Source of the DNA: a virus
IMG/VR virus record: IMGVR_UViG_3300033405_000009
Direction: 5' to 3' (one strand)
Length of the DNA: 64,000 nucleotides
Shown: positions 18,375 through 27,016 of the stretch, piece after piece
Position numbering within the stretch: the first letter of the stretch is position 1
How the letters are laid out: every line of letters starts with the position of its first letter
Program-made: the position numbers and the translations under genes
The notes under the pieces: generated by a model
Told to the model about the DNA's origin: nothing
What the model saw: only the letters and a program-made list of their open reading frames with translations
Database searches by the model: none

Positions 18375-18448
18375 TGGACCCAGACGGTGACGATCCGTCT
18401 ACCTCCGCGCTGCCAGCGCGGCGCTCTCCCAACGTGAGCTATGGGCCC
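18375..18448 (-). tRNA. tRNA-Ala(GGC), non-canonical T-loop
   Basis: RNA reads GGGCCCA-TA-GCTCACGTTGGGAGAGC-G-CCGCG CTGGCAG CGCGG; T-arm GACGG ATCGTCA CCGTC. Confidence 0.55.
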
Positions 18449-18449
18449 T

Positions 18450-18598
18450 TGGCACTGCGCTAGGAATCGAACCTAGTATCTAAGCGTCCACGATCTTCTT
18501 CTCAGCACCACCCATTCGTACGGCGCCGTACGAGATGAGCAGAAAACTCCGAGCCTCCAATCGCGACCTTCAAAGGAGTGGCACCAGCCACCGCATTG
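18450..18598 (-). ncRNA. structured region ending in tRNA-like T-arm/acceptor/CCA without a clean 5' acceptor partner
   Basis: 3' end ctagg-aatcgaa-cctag + cactgcg + TGG; 16-nt perfect palindrome CGTACGGCGCCGTACG at 18517-18532. Confidence 0.3.
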
Positions 18599-18669
18599 TG
18601 GACCGCCGGGGAATCGAACCCCGATCCCTCCCGTGCGAGGGGAGTGTACGCCCGTTGTACTAGCAGCCC
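18599..18669 (-). tRNA. tRNA-Ala(CGC)
   Basis: acceptor GGGCTGC/GCGGTCC with G-U pairs, D-stem GTAC/GTAC, anticodon stem CTCCC/GGGAG loop CTCGCAC, T-arm CGGGG TTCGATT CCCCG. Confidence 0.55.
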
Positions 18670-19185
18670 GTTTCGAATAAGTGGAGTAGATGTGTAAGCC
18701 GGGTTCTGTCGAGGACGATCATTCATCTAGGCTCGGCATTGCTGACGAGCTCAAGCAGCACACCCGAGAGCATCGGTCGGGCAAACCGCTCTCTGTTGGC
18801 CTTGCTCCAGGTGAGGTTTAGCGCAGTTTACATCACTGCAAACTGGGCAGGGTCTTACTCCTGCCTTTGCACCCTTACCACGGTCGAAACCGTGGCGGTT
18901 TTCTTTCTGTTCCACTTTCTGTCGGATCACTCCGCCTGGTCGTTAACCAGCACCCTGCCCTGTGGAGCCCGGACTTTCCTCTCGCCTTTCGGCCAGCGAT
19001 CGTCTCATCTACTCCGAAGATTGGTGGTACTCACTTGATTCTGCAGAATCTTTACACCCTCAAGAGGCCGTTACGGGAATCCTCCTTTTGGTGAAGGGCG
19101 ACAAGTGATCATGATCGAACGGATCTCTCCGCCCGCGCCATTTCCTTGCTGAGTACCGTCCCTAAGCAGTTTCGAACCTGCTCGG

Positions 19186-19253
19186 CACGCCCGGAAGGAA
19201 TCGAACCCTCATCCGGAGTTTTGGAGGCTCCGTTGGCACCTTGCCTCGGACGT
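19186..19253 (-). tRNA. tRNA-Trp(CCA)-like
   Basis: T-arm gaagg-aatcgaa-ccctc, loop rc CTCCAAA. Confidence 0.4.
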
Positions 19254-19319
19254 ATGGTGAGATGGGAATGATGAACGAGGGACCTAGAAATCAGGTCGTC
19301 ATTCCCATTCACATCTCAG

Positions 19320-19391
19320 CGCCCACGAAGGGAGTCGAACCCTCCTCACTGGCGTGACAAGCCAGCCGCCTCACCGGATGCGTACGCGGGC
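19320..19391 (-). tRNA. tRNA-Asp(GUC) copy 1
   Basis: anticodon stem ctggc/gccag loop rc TTGTCAC; paralog of 21175-21246. Confidence 0.55.
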
Positions 19392-19873
19392 AGTTTTCTA
19401 GTGCCGTAAGTCGATGTTTGTGAATGACAGTTTGGACAAAGAAATCGGAGATTGTCTTTGTCATTATTGGACCAATCTCCGTCTCTATGATCGATTGGGA
19501 GTGTTAATGGTTTGCCATTCCATTTCGGGCCTTGACCACAAGCTTCGCACTTATGCTCTACTCCGCTTTCTAAGAGAGCTCTTCTCAATTGAACGGTGGG
19601 TAGTCTTCTCTTACTAGTCGGAGTGAAGATTTGTGACGGAGCTTTTCTTTTAGTTGAAAATTTTCCTGTGAACCCTCTCCTGAAATGAGAGGTGTTCAAT
19701 TCATACTCTTCAATCCTTCGCCGGATGAGGCTACTGGTGCTTCCGGAATATGATTTGAATCCGAGTCGAGTTAGGACTTCTGCAAGAGAGAAACTTTCTC
19801 TTACAACTCTTTGTAGTACCTCTCGCGTGTATTTCACACGGTCATCATACAAGCGTCGTGAGCCAGCCGTCAA
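19346..19873 (-). CDS. HNH homing endonuclease
   Basis: CEACGQGPKWNGKPLTLPIDHRDGD...NLRFLCPNCH. Confidence 0.6.
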   Translation of the reverse strand: MTAGSRRLYDDRVKYTREVLQRVVRESFSLAEVLTRLGFKSYSGSTSSLIRRRIEEYELNTSHFRRGFTGKFSTKRKAPSQIFTPTSKRRLPTVQLRRALLESGVEHKCEACGQGPKWNGKPLTLPIDHRDGDWSNNDKDNLRFLCPNCHSQTSTYGTRKLPAYASGEAAGLSRQ

Positions 19874-19926
19874 GCGCCGTCACCAGCTGGCTCACGAGAC
19901 ACTGGGAGGCTTGCGCCTCCCAGTGT

Positions 19927-21123
19927 TCACTCGACGCTGACGATGACGCCCGCGCCGACAGTCTTGCTACCCTCACGAACAGCGAACCTCATTCCAGGCT
20001 CGAGTCCGATCGGAACCATCAACTCCAGCGAGACCTGTGCGTGATCTCCAGGGTTGATCATCTTGTTTTCGCCGAAACTCGTCACCGTTCCGGTGACGTC
20101 AGTCGTGCCGAAGAAGAATTGAGGTCTGTATCCCGGGAAGATCGGCGTGTGCCGACCACCCTCTTCTTTCGGAATCACGAATAGCTCCGCGAGAGCTTTT
20201 GCGTGAGGTTGTACGGAGCCGGGAGCGATGAGCACCTGACCACGAACTACCTCATCACGAGCCACTCCTCTGAGGAGAAGCCCACAGTTTTCGCCCGCGC
20301 GAGCCTCCACTTGATCCTTGTGGAACATCTGGATGCTCGTGACCACGACTTGACGAGGCTTGGAGTCTGCCTCTATCAATCCGACAATCTCGACGGGGGA
20401 CCCAGCCTTGAGGACACCACGCTCGATGCGACCCGTGACGACAGTGCCGCGACCAGGGATCGTGTGTACGCCTTCAATGGGCATCATGAACGGCGCGTCG
20501 TAATCTCGCTTCGGATCGGGAAAATGCTGGTCCATTGCGGCAACCAGCTCTGTGATGCAAGCCCCATCCACCGCGGGATTTCGGAGCGCCTTGAGCGCCG
20601 ATCCCTTGACCACCGGACAGTCTTTGTAGCCGTGCAGCTCCAAACGCTCGATCGTCTCCATGACGACAAGATCCAGAAGCTCAGGATCGGAGATGTCCAC
20701 TTTGTTGATGAACACTACGATTCTCTGAACCCCGACCTGACGAGCAAGCAGAATGTGCTCTTTCGTCTGATACTGAGGTCCTTGGCTACCGTCCACCAAG
20801 AGCACGGCCCCGTCCATTTGGGCGGCGCCAGTGATCATGTTCTTGATGTAGTCCGCGTGTCCAGGACAGTCGATATGCGCATAATGCCTAGTAGCACTCT
20901 CGTATTCGACATGGGACACGTTGATGGTCACCGTCTTCGACTCGTCTCGGACCGTGCCGCCCTTGGCGATATCCGCGTAGCTCTTGATCTTCGCGAGCTT
21001 CGCATGCGCTTGTACGGCCAGAAGAGCCGCCGTCAGCGTAGTCTTGCCATGGTCGACGTGTCCGATAGTCCCAACATTCACGTGCTGCTTCGTCACTGTG
21101 CCTTCGCCTCGGGTTGCCAGCCC
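19927..21123 (-). CDS. tuf: translation elongation factor Tu (bacterial type)
   Basis: [15 protein letters not shown]-loop, [12 protein letters not shown] motifs; ORF-track N-terminal extension to 21204 overlaps tRNA-Asp so start is probably non-ATG near 21123. Confidence 0.8.
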   Translation of the reverse strand, partial: GLATRGEGTVTKQHVNVGTIGHVDHGKTTLTAALLAVQAHAKLAKIKSYADIAKGGTVRDESKTVTINVSHVEYESATRHYAHIDCPGHADYIKNMITGAAQMDGAVLLVDGSQGPQYQTKEHILLARQVGVQRIVVFINKVDISDPELLDLVVMETIERLELHGYKDCPVVKGSALKALRNPAVDGACITELVAAMDQHFPDPKRDYDAPFMMPIEGVHTIPGRGTVVTGRIERGVLKAGSPVEIVGLIEADSKPRQVVVTSIQMFHKDQVEARAGENCGLLLRGVARDEVVRGQVLIAPGSVQPHAKALAELFVIPKEEGGRHTPIFPGYRPQFFFGTTDVTGTVTSFGENKMINPGDHAQVSLELMVPIGLEPGMRFAVREGSKTVGAGVIVSVE

Positions 21124-21174
21124 TTCTTCTCCTTGTAGTGCCCCGTCAGAAGTGTTCTGACTCCAGGGGCTCAG

Positions 21175-21246
21175 CGCTCTCGACCGGAATCGAACCGGCC
21201 TCATCGGCGTGACAAGCCGACTGCCTCACCAGATGCATACGAAAGC
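21175..21246 (-). tRNA. tRNA-Asp(GUC) copy 2
   Basis: T-arm accgg-aatcgaa-ccggc, anticodon arm near-identical to copy 1. Confidence 0.5.
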
Positions 21247-21334
21247 ATGCAGACTAACGTTCTGATCAGACTTACTTCGATGGGCAGGCCGGAAGATCCT
21301 ATAACTGAGATCCTCTGGCCGACCCATCAAAAAC

Positions 21335-21419
21335 TGGTACCCCCGGCAGGAATCGAACCTGCGATGACTTTCGTCTCCGGTTTAGGAAACCGGCGCCTTA
21401 TCCACTAGACTACGGGGGC
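21335..21419 (-). tRNA. tRNA-Arg(CCU)-like with 14-nt variable region
   Basis: CCA encoded, T-arm gcagg-aatcgaa-cctgc, anticodon stem ccggt/accgg loop rc TTCCTAA. Confidence 0.45.
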
Positions 21420-21423
21420 GTAA

Positions 21424-21744
21424 CTAACTTTGCAAAAGAGAAGCGATCACGAAATGGTCCCAAAAGTCTTTCTTTTTTAAGAATTTGAATCCGTCCAATC
21501 GAACGAGTTCATGAATTATGATGGTTTCTCGATACCCTTCTTCTGGAGTCCCAGGGTCGTATCCTGTTAGCTTTGATGTGAAATCACATTGCCCGCAGTG
21601 GACAAAGATCAAGTGTTCCTTTTTCCAATAATCGAAAAAGAGCTCCGGAGGTTGAGGAAGATCTATTACGGGAGTGTGTTTCTTTATTCTGTGCGCGATG
21701 AGTTCCGCGATCCAATCGTTAAACTGTTCGAGTTTCAACTGCAC
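21424..21744 (-). CDS. hypothetical protein
   Basis: ORF 106 aa. Confidence 0.45.
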   Translation of the reverse strand: MQLKLEQFNDWIAELIAHRIKKHTPVIDLPQPPELFFDYWKKEHLIFVHCGQCDFTSKLTGYDPGTPEEGYRETIIIHELVRLDGFKFLKKKDFWDHFVIASLLQS

Positions 21745-22046
21745 ATAACTACATACACCAAGAAGAGCTTGTGATAATCTTCGATACCTGTCCCATATGC
21801 ATGGTCTTTTGAGGTAACGAATTGCTCTATGAATTTCGGGTTCTTGAAGAGTTCGGCGGTTGTTTTATCAACTTTATCCAGGTCCAGATGGAGATTCCAT
21901 TTGCAACTATCACAAGTTGCATGGAGCAAACCGACTCCGTAAGTGGAGTTGATACGAACTTTCGGAATCTTGCCTCCTGGATGGACTACTCGAGTTCGAT
22001 GAGAAACGGCCATTCGCAGCCATTCACTAACCGGATCGATCTCCAC
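21735..22046 (-). CDS. hypothetical protein
   Basis: ORF 103 aa. Confidence 0.45.
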   Translation of the reverse strand: MEIDPVSEWLRMAVSHRTRVVHPGGKIPKVRINSTYGVGLLHATCDSCKWNLHLDLDKVDKTTAELFKNPKFIEQFVTSKDHAYGTGIEDYHKLFLVYVVMCS

Positions 22047-22061
22047 TCAAGACTTTACGGA

Positions 22062-22085
22062 GTGACGTACGGGAGTTGAACCCGC
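22062..22085 (-). other. orphan tRNA T-arm fragment
   Basis: acggg-agttgaa-cccgc without acceptor partner. Confidence 0.25.
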
Positions 22086-22137
22086 CTTCGCTGATTCACA
22101 GTCAGCCCCATTCCCACGACTGGCAACGCCACCATAA

Positions 22138-22743
22138 TCACTGCGAACTAAGAGATTTGCAACAACGAAAGCCGGTTTCGTAGAACCGGAAAGAAGGATG
22201 GTGCGCGTCGTTTGACTGACCGCACGAAGTTTTCTTCGCCCAAAATCCGCCTTTGAGCGTGTATGGATGATCTCGACCGTCACGGGAGACCACCCATTCT
22301 TCAACGCTTCCGAGGAGATCGTAAACCCCATCAGGGTTTTTGCATTGCGGCCAAGACCCAGAAGGCTGTCCTTGCCAAATGCGTCGAACTTCTCGTTTTG
22401 TTGCGTCTTTTGAAGCACTTGGAAAGAAAGCTTCTTCTTTCCATTCGAGCCACCGTCTGATGTTGAGACATGGACCTTGAGTAGGCTCACAAGCCGCGTC
22501 CCACTCATCTTCAGTGCATAGTCTCTTTTCTCGAGCCTCACACCATTTTTTCCCATCCATTGCGGATTGCATCACCATCGGATTCAGACCCTCAACGTTC
22601 GGGGCCTCGAATCTGTCCATGCAAACTCCGTGAGTCAACACCATGTCCTGAGGACAAACTGGTGAGAATTCCAGGAGAAGGAATGTGATGTAGATGAAGA
22701 CCGTCATTGTACGCATCCTACAGTGCGTCGACATGTCTGGCAA
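22138..22743 (-). CDS. secreted FGE/SUMF1-like (formylglycine-generating enzyme family) protein
   Basis: N-terminal hydrophobic signal-like segment; C-terminal ...RFYETGFRCCKS resembling FGE-sulfatase domain end. Confidence 0.4.
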   Translation of the reverse strand: MPDMSTHCRMRTMTVFIYITFLLLEFSPVCPQDMVLTHGVCMDRFEAPNVEGLNPMVMQSAMDGKKWCEAREKRLCTEDEWDAACEPTQGPCLNIRRWLEWKEEAFFPSASKDATKREVRRIWQGQPSGSWPQCKNPDGVYDLLGSVEEWVVSRDGRDHPYTLKGGFWAKKTSCGQSNDAHHPSFRFYETGFRCCKSLSSQ

Positions 22744-22938
22744 GCGGATGAAGAAGTCGAACAGACTTCATTCGGTGTGATCAAGGTGTTCGAATGCGCG
22801 GAATGTCGGAGTCGCGTTCACTTGAATGCTGTCGCCCATAAGAAGGACGATAGTGAACCGAACGAATTCGACTTGGATTTTTACGACGTTCCTTACGACT
22901 GCGAAGAGGCAATCGTAAAATTCATCATGGAAAATTAG
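22723..22938 (+). CDS. hypothetical protein (C-term KFIMEN)
   Basis: ORF 71 aa. Confidence 0.35.
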   Translation: MRRHVWQADEEVEQTSFGVIKVFECAECRSRVHLNAVAHKKDDSEPNEFDLDFYDVPYDCEEAIVKFIMEN

Positions 22939-23012
22939 TCGGGGCGACTGGAATCGAACCAGCGATCTCAAGCACCCAAAGCTCGCGCACTACCAAACTG
23001 TGCTACGCCCCG
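22939..23012 (-). tRNA. tRNA-Pro(UGG)
   Basis: acceptor cggggcg/cgccccg, loop rc TTTGGGT. Confidence 0.55.
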
Positions 23013-23105
23013 AAAATTTTGATCACGCCCGAGTGTGAAAGCCGGTGACTTGTGTCAGCTTTTCTGGCTGTTGCCTTTACCATTTGGCTACTCCCCCGTA
23101 AAAGT

Positions 23106-23165
23106 GGAGGAGGTTGGATTCGAACCAACAATTGCGTGTAGGCTTACAAGGGTGGGCGCGATCAG
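23106..23165 (-). other. tRNA-like 3' element (T-arm gttgg-attcgaa-ccaac) lacking 5' acceptor partner; paralog at 23566-23634
   Basis: two similar copies each followed by an intact tRNA. Confidence 0.3.
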
Positions 23166-23240
23166 TGAGTCCTCTCGGAATCGAACCGAGTTCTTCTGCT
23201 CTTCAGGCAGACGCTGAATCACCAGACTAGCTCAGGACTC
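23166..23240 (-). tRNA. tRNA-Phe(GAA)
   Basis: acceptor gagtcct/aggactc, perfect T-arm ctcgg-aatcgaa-ccgag, loop rc CTGAAGA. Confidence 0.6.
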
Positions 23241-23565
23241 GTTACAACTGCATGAGACGAAGTGCTGCTTCTGCGGCCTCACGTGAAGTGCAGAGAGCGT
23301 AAAACTGAAGAAGACCACCATAAGCGTTGAAAGTCGGGAGATGTTCCTTCCTCTCGGCCTTTCGGTCGGTCTCGGCTACTCCGAATTTCCAACCAGAAAA
23401 GGAAGGACTGACGATTTGATCGAAAGGCGAGTGAACGACTTCCTGAACATTCACGACTTGCAGCATGATGGCTCCAAAAGGTTAGATAGCGCCCGAGTGA
23501 GAAAGCAGTTGCTTTTGCTAGCTTGGATGGCTAGTGTCCTGACCTCTAGACGACTCGGCCATATT

Positions 23566-23634
23566 GGAGGCCGAGGTTGGATTCGAACCAACGTTACTTA
23601 TGCTTGTGTGCTTTGCTCGAGTGGGCGTTATCGG
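23566..23634 (-). other. tRNA-like 3' element, paralog of 23106-23165
   Basis: acceptor-like ggccgag pairs upstream (ctcggcc 23555-23561) forming hairpin rather than acceptor. Confidence 0.3.
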
Positions 23635-23706
23635 TGACCCCAGCGAGAATCGAACTCGCATAAGCAGATTGAAAATCTGCGATCCTAACCTTTAGACGAT
23701 GGGGCC
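23635..23706 (-). tRNA. tRNA-Glu(UUC)
   Basis: perfect T-arm gcgag-aatcgaa-ctcgc, anticodon stem gcaga/tctgc loop rc TTTTCAA. Confidence 0.55.
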
Positions 23707-23794
23707 GTTTGCCTTTACACGCTGATGCGCCAACGTTAAAGGCTGCTTACGTTGAACGGCGGGCCGCGCATGGGAGGTCGCTCGTTCGGAGATT

Positions 23795-23926
23795 GGGGGA
23801 CTTCCGGAGTCGAACCGGATGCTTGTGGGGATTGCTGGATGGCCCCTTTCAGGGCCGAGGTGCAATACCTAACTGCCTTGCGGCCTAGAGTGTGAGTCTA
23901 GTTGGGCGCCGTGCCCAAAAGTCCCC
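23795..23926 (-). ncRNA. long tRNA-like RNA A (~132 nt): tRNA frame with ~60-nt insert between anticodon-like arm and T-arm
   Basis: acceptor ggggact/agtcccc, T-arm tccgg-agtcgaa-ccgga; insert has GCAA-tetraloop hairpin and second hairpin with compensatory changes across copies. Confidence 0.5.
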
Positions 23927-24027
23927 GTAACTTTTCCTTTACTCTTTCGAGTCAGCCACTTATGGGCAGCTGATCGAAATTTACGCTTGGCTTGACGCCT
24001 CGCGGCCATGTTTCGCATGGAATTCAT

Positions 24028-24170
24028 TGGAGAGGGATCTTGGAGTCGAACCAAGTATGCTTGTGGGTACTACTGAGTGGCTCCGTGAGGAGCCGAGTTG
24101 TAATACCGGAACGCCTTGCGGCGCCAGTTTTACTGACTGGTAGGCGGCCGTCGCCCATATCCCTCATGTG
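24028..24170 (-). ncRNA. long tRNA-like RNA B
   Basis: acceptor gagggat/atccctc, T-arm cttgg-agtcgaa-ccaag, conserved gcttgtggg...ccgag...gccttgcggc blocks. Confidence 0.5.
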
Positions 24171-24210
24171 TTTTGTGAAAGTTTAAGGCAGCCGAGTTGT
24201 AGTGCTGTTT

Positions 24211-24285
24211 TTGGTGCAAAAGGTCGGATTTGAACCGACCAGTGTTTCCGTTCCGGGGAAATGCTCCACCTAGGAGCATCTTTTG
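24211..24285 (-). tRNA. tRNA (anticodon loop CCGGAAC, identity uncertain)
   Basis: CCA encoded, acceptor gcaaaag/cttttgc, perfect T-arm gtcgg-atttgaa-ccgac. Confidence 0.45.
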
Positions 24286-24317
24286 CGTGTTAGCACTACG
24301 GGTTGGCTGCCTTGGCG

Positions 24318-24462
24318 GGGATCCCTGGATTCGAACCAGGATTGCTTGTGGGAACCGCTTGGTGGTCCCTTTCAGGACCGAGTTGCGATGCCGGACTGTC
24401 TTGCGACACAGTTTAACCAACTGTTGAGCTGCCATTGCTCAAGATCCCCAAAATTGTGGCAC
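24318..24462 (-). ncRNA. long tRNA-like RNA C
   Basis: T-arm ccctggattcgaaccagg; acceptor ggggatc/gatcccc; same conserved insert. Confidence 0.45.
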
Positions 24463-24490
24463 CCGAGTTGTGATGCTGATTTTTGCAAGA

Positions 24491-24562
24491 GCGAGTTTCG
24501 AATTCGCCCCTTCGGTTTAGCAGACCGACGTTCCACCTAGGAACATCTTGCGTGTAAGCATC
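24491..24562 (-). tRNA. tRNA (anticodon GCU-like, type I length)
   Basis: T-arm gcgag-tttcgaa-ttcgc, anticodon stem tcggt/accga. Confidence 0.4.
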
Positions 24563-24580
24563 ACTGATTGGGTGCCTCAG

Positions 24581-24651
24581 AGCCGCCGAGTGGAGTCGAA
24601 CCACCCTCACCGCATTACGAAAGCGGGGTTCTCCCAGAGAACTACGACGGC
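24581..24651 (-). tRNA. tRNA-Thr(CGU)
   Basis: T-arm agtgg-agtcgaa-ccacc, loop rc TTCGTAA. Confidence 0.45.
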
Positions 24652-24767
24652 GTGAAGTGCTCCATTACACTCACCATGGCACTCCCTATGAGTTAGGTGA
24701 CTATAACGGTTGGGTTGCACTTACCCGATTAAGGCGGCCTGATTCGAAGTCAGAACCTTAACCACGG

Positions 24768-24904
24768 TCGAGGAGCCAGGAGTCGAACCTGGATTTTTGC
24801 TTGTAGGAACTGCTGGTTGGCTCTTTTCAGAGCCGAGTGGCAATGCCGGCTGCGCCTTTCGGCTAGCTCCCTTTGCTAGTGGGGGACCGACCCCCTATCT
24901 CCTC
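24768..24904 (-). ncRNA. long tRNA-like RNA D
   Basis: acceptor cgaggag/ctcctcg, T-arm ccagg-agtcgaa-cctgg, conserved insert. Confidence 0.5.
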
Positions 24905-25055
24905 GTTCTATCGATCTCTACATTCGACGAGTTCCAGTTTACGGAACTCATCAGCGTCTCAGGTAGGTAACGATCCTACTTTCTCTCGCTTAACAGGCGA
25001 GTGCTATTCCATATTAGCTTCTGAGACAATGAACTTTTGTTAACAAGTTCTTGTT

Positions 25056-25496
25056 ATGAGAACTTGTAAGAAGTGTGGAAACTCTATTCCTCGGTACACC
25101 GAGGTGGACGGTAAACAAGTTTCGCTCACTAACAGGACCCTGTGTTTGGGGTGCAGTTCGCTTAAAAAGCCACGTTCTTTTCCAAACTTAAAACGTCAAA
25201 AGAATATGATACTCGTTACCGCTTATCGTCAGAAAACGAAACAGAAGGCTGTAGAAACTAAAGGAGGTAAGTGCGAAATCTGTGGATATGACCGTTGCAT
25301 TTCTGCACTTATCTTCCACCATCGCGACCCATCTACCAAGTCTTTCTCCATCAATGATGGTAGAACTCGAAGGTGGGAGATAGTTGAAAACGAGATCGTT
25401 AAATGCGCACTCCTTTGTCACAATTGCCATTCCGAAGTCCACGCGGGACTTATTCAGCTCCAGGGGAAGGACTCGAACCTCCAGCCTCTTGGTTAA
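25056..25496 (+). CDS. HNH homing endonuclease
   Basis: CEICGYDRC...FHHRDP...CHNCH. Confidence 0.65.
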   Translation: MRTCKKCGNSIPRYTEVDGKQVSLTNRTLCLGCSSLKKPRSFPNLKRQKNMILVTAYRQKTKQKAVETKGGKCEICGYDRCISALIFHHRDPSTKSFSINDGRTRRWEIVENEIVKCALLCHNCHSEVHAGLIQLQGKDSNLQPLG

Positions 25497-25531
25497 CAGC
25501 CAAGCCATGGTACCCATACCAAAACCCTGGA
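25458..25531 (-). tRNA. tRNA-Asn(GUU)
   Basis: acceptor tccaggg/ccctgga, anticodon stem cttgg/ccaag loop rc CTGTTAA; overlaps 3' end of HNH ORF. Confidence 0.55.
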
Positions 25532-25677
25532 ACGAAAGTGGAACTCCGTGATCCGTACCACGGAGTTCCCTCGCGCGAAGGCTTTTCGGTGACTTCCAGC
25601 CACACTACTGCGCCCTCTCTATCGCTCTGCGTAGATTGTCAGAGAACTGGACCCTTCACGTTTGAGGGGCCGTTCGG

Positions 25678-25744
25678 CTGAGACGGAAGGATTCGAACCT
25701 TCTTCGACGGAATCAGAAACCGTCTTATCACCTTGAGCATCTCA
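25678..25744 (-). tRNA. short tRNA, anticodon ambiguous
   Basis: perfect T-arm gaagg-attcgaa-ccttc, acceptor 6/7. Confidence 0.35.
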
Positions 25745-25757
25745 ATGTTTGTCTTCG

Positions 25758-25829
25758 TGAGCCCTGAAGGAATCGAACCTTCTACACGCGGCTTAAGAGA
25801 CCGCTGTTCTACCAGTGAACTAAGGGCCC
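25758..25829 (-). tRNA. tRNA-Lys(CUU)
   Basis: T-arm gaagg-aatcgaa-ccttc, loop rc CTCTTAA. Confidence 0.55.
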
Positions 25830-25860
25830 GCTTTTGTTTTGAGGCTGGGGTTTGCCTCAG

Positions 25861-25932
25861 TGAGCCCTGAAGGAATCGAACCTTCTGCGCGCGGCTTAAA
25901 AGACCACCGTTCTACCAGTGAACTAAGGGCCC
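25861..25932 (-). tRNA. tRNA-Lys(UUU)
   Basis: paralog of 25758-25829, loop rc CTTTTAA. Confidence 0.55.
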
Positions 25933-25992
25933 CCTTTCTTTGTTTTTGGCCCCTGTTTGAGGGGCTTGGTCTTGCGTTTCATCTGTGACTCC

Positions 25993-26080
25993 AGTGTGGG
26001 CGATAGGATTCGAACCTACTCAGGCTTATTGGCGTTGCGGGCGGGTTACAGCCGCTTGAGCTCTCCAGGGCTCAGCACCC
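25993..26080 (-). tRNA. tRNA-Tyr(GUA), type II
   Basis: T-loop attcgaa, D-arm gagc-cctggaga-gctc, loop rc CTGTAAC. Confidence 0.5.
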
Positions 26081-26137
26081 ACGCGATTTTGTTGCGCGCG
26101 TGCGCCGCCGTATACTGTTCTCGTCGCGTTGCCATCT

Positions 26138-26620
<483 letters not shown>

Positions 26621-27016
26621 TTACGGGTGTTGAGAGAAGCCGCCCTAGGTATCCTCCACCAGATTAGCGAGTCCGGGCTTACGGCTGGTGGAGGACGAAA
26701 TGAGTGTTTCGGTTGACTGATGCTGCGCGGCGCCCATACCGACACACCAGTCCGCTTTCGGCATCGCTGCCGTTGGCGTCATGGTAAAGGTCGGTTGATA
26801 GCGCAACATTGTCGAACTCAGATCTTCCTGTTGGTACCGCTTCCCGAGTACTATAGCACACGCAGAGCGAGTGCGCAAGTATTTCGTTGTTCGGTGGTTG
26901 TTCGGACCCTACACTTGAGGGTTTCGGACTTACGAAGGCTGTCCTGAGACTTCCGCGTAGTGCGGAGATGCCAAGATTCCACCCATTCTACATCTGACTC
27001 ATCCGAATTTATGGAT

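Noticed and set aside
20203-21138. 311-aa plus-strand ORF opposite EF-Tu
   Set aside because: EF-Tu identity on the minus strand is unambiguous. The plus-frame product is low-complexity.
5898-26080. Possibility that the repeated GGAATCGAACC-containing units are a CRISPR array
   Set aside because: Units are 70-90 nt with tRNA cloverleaf complementarity (acceptor, D, anticodon, T arms). There is no fixed repeat/spacer periodicity. They are tRNA genes.
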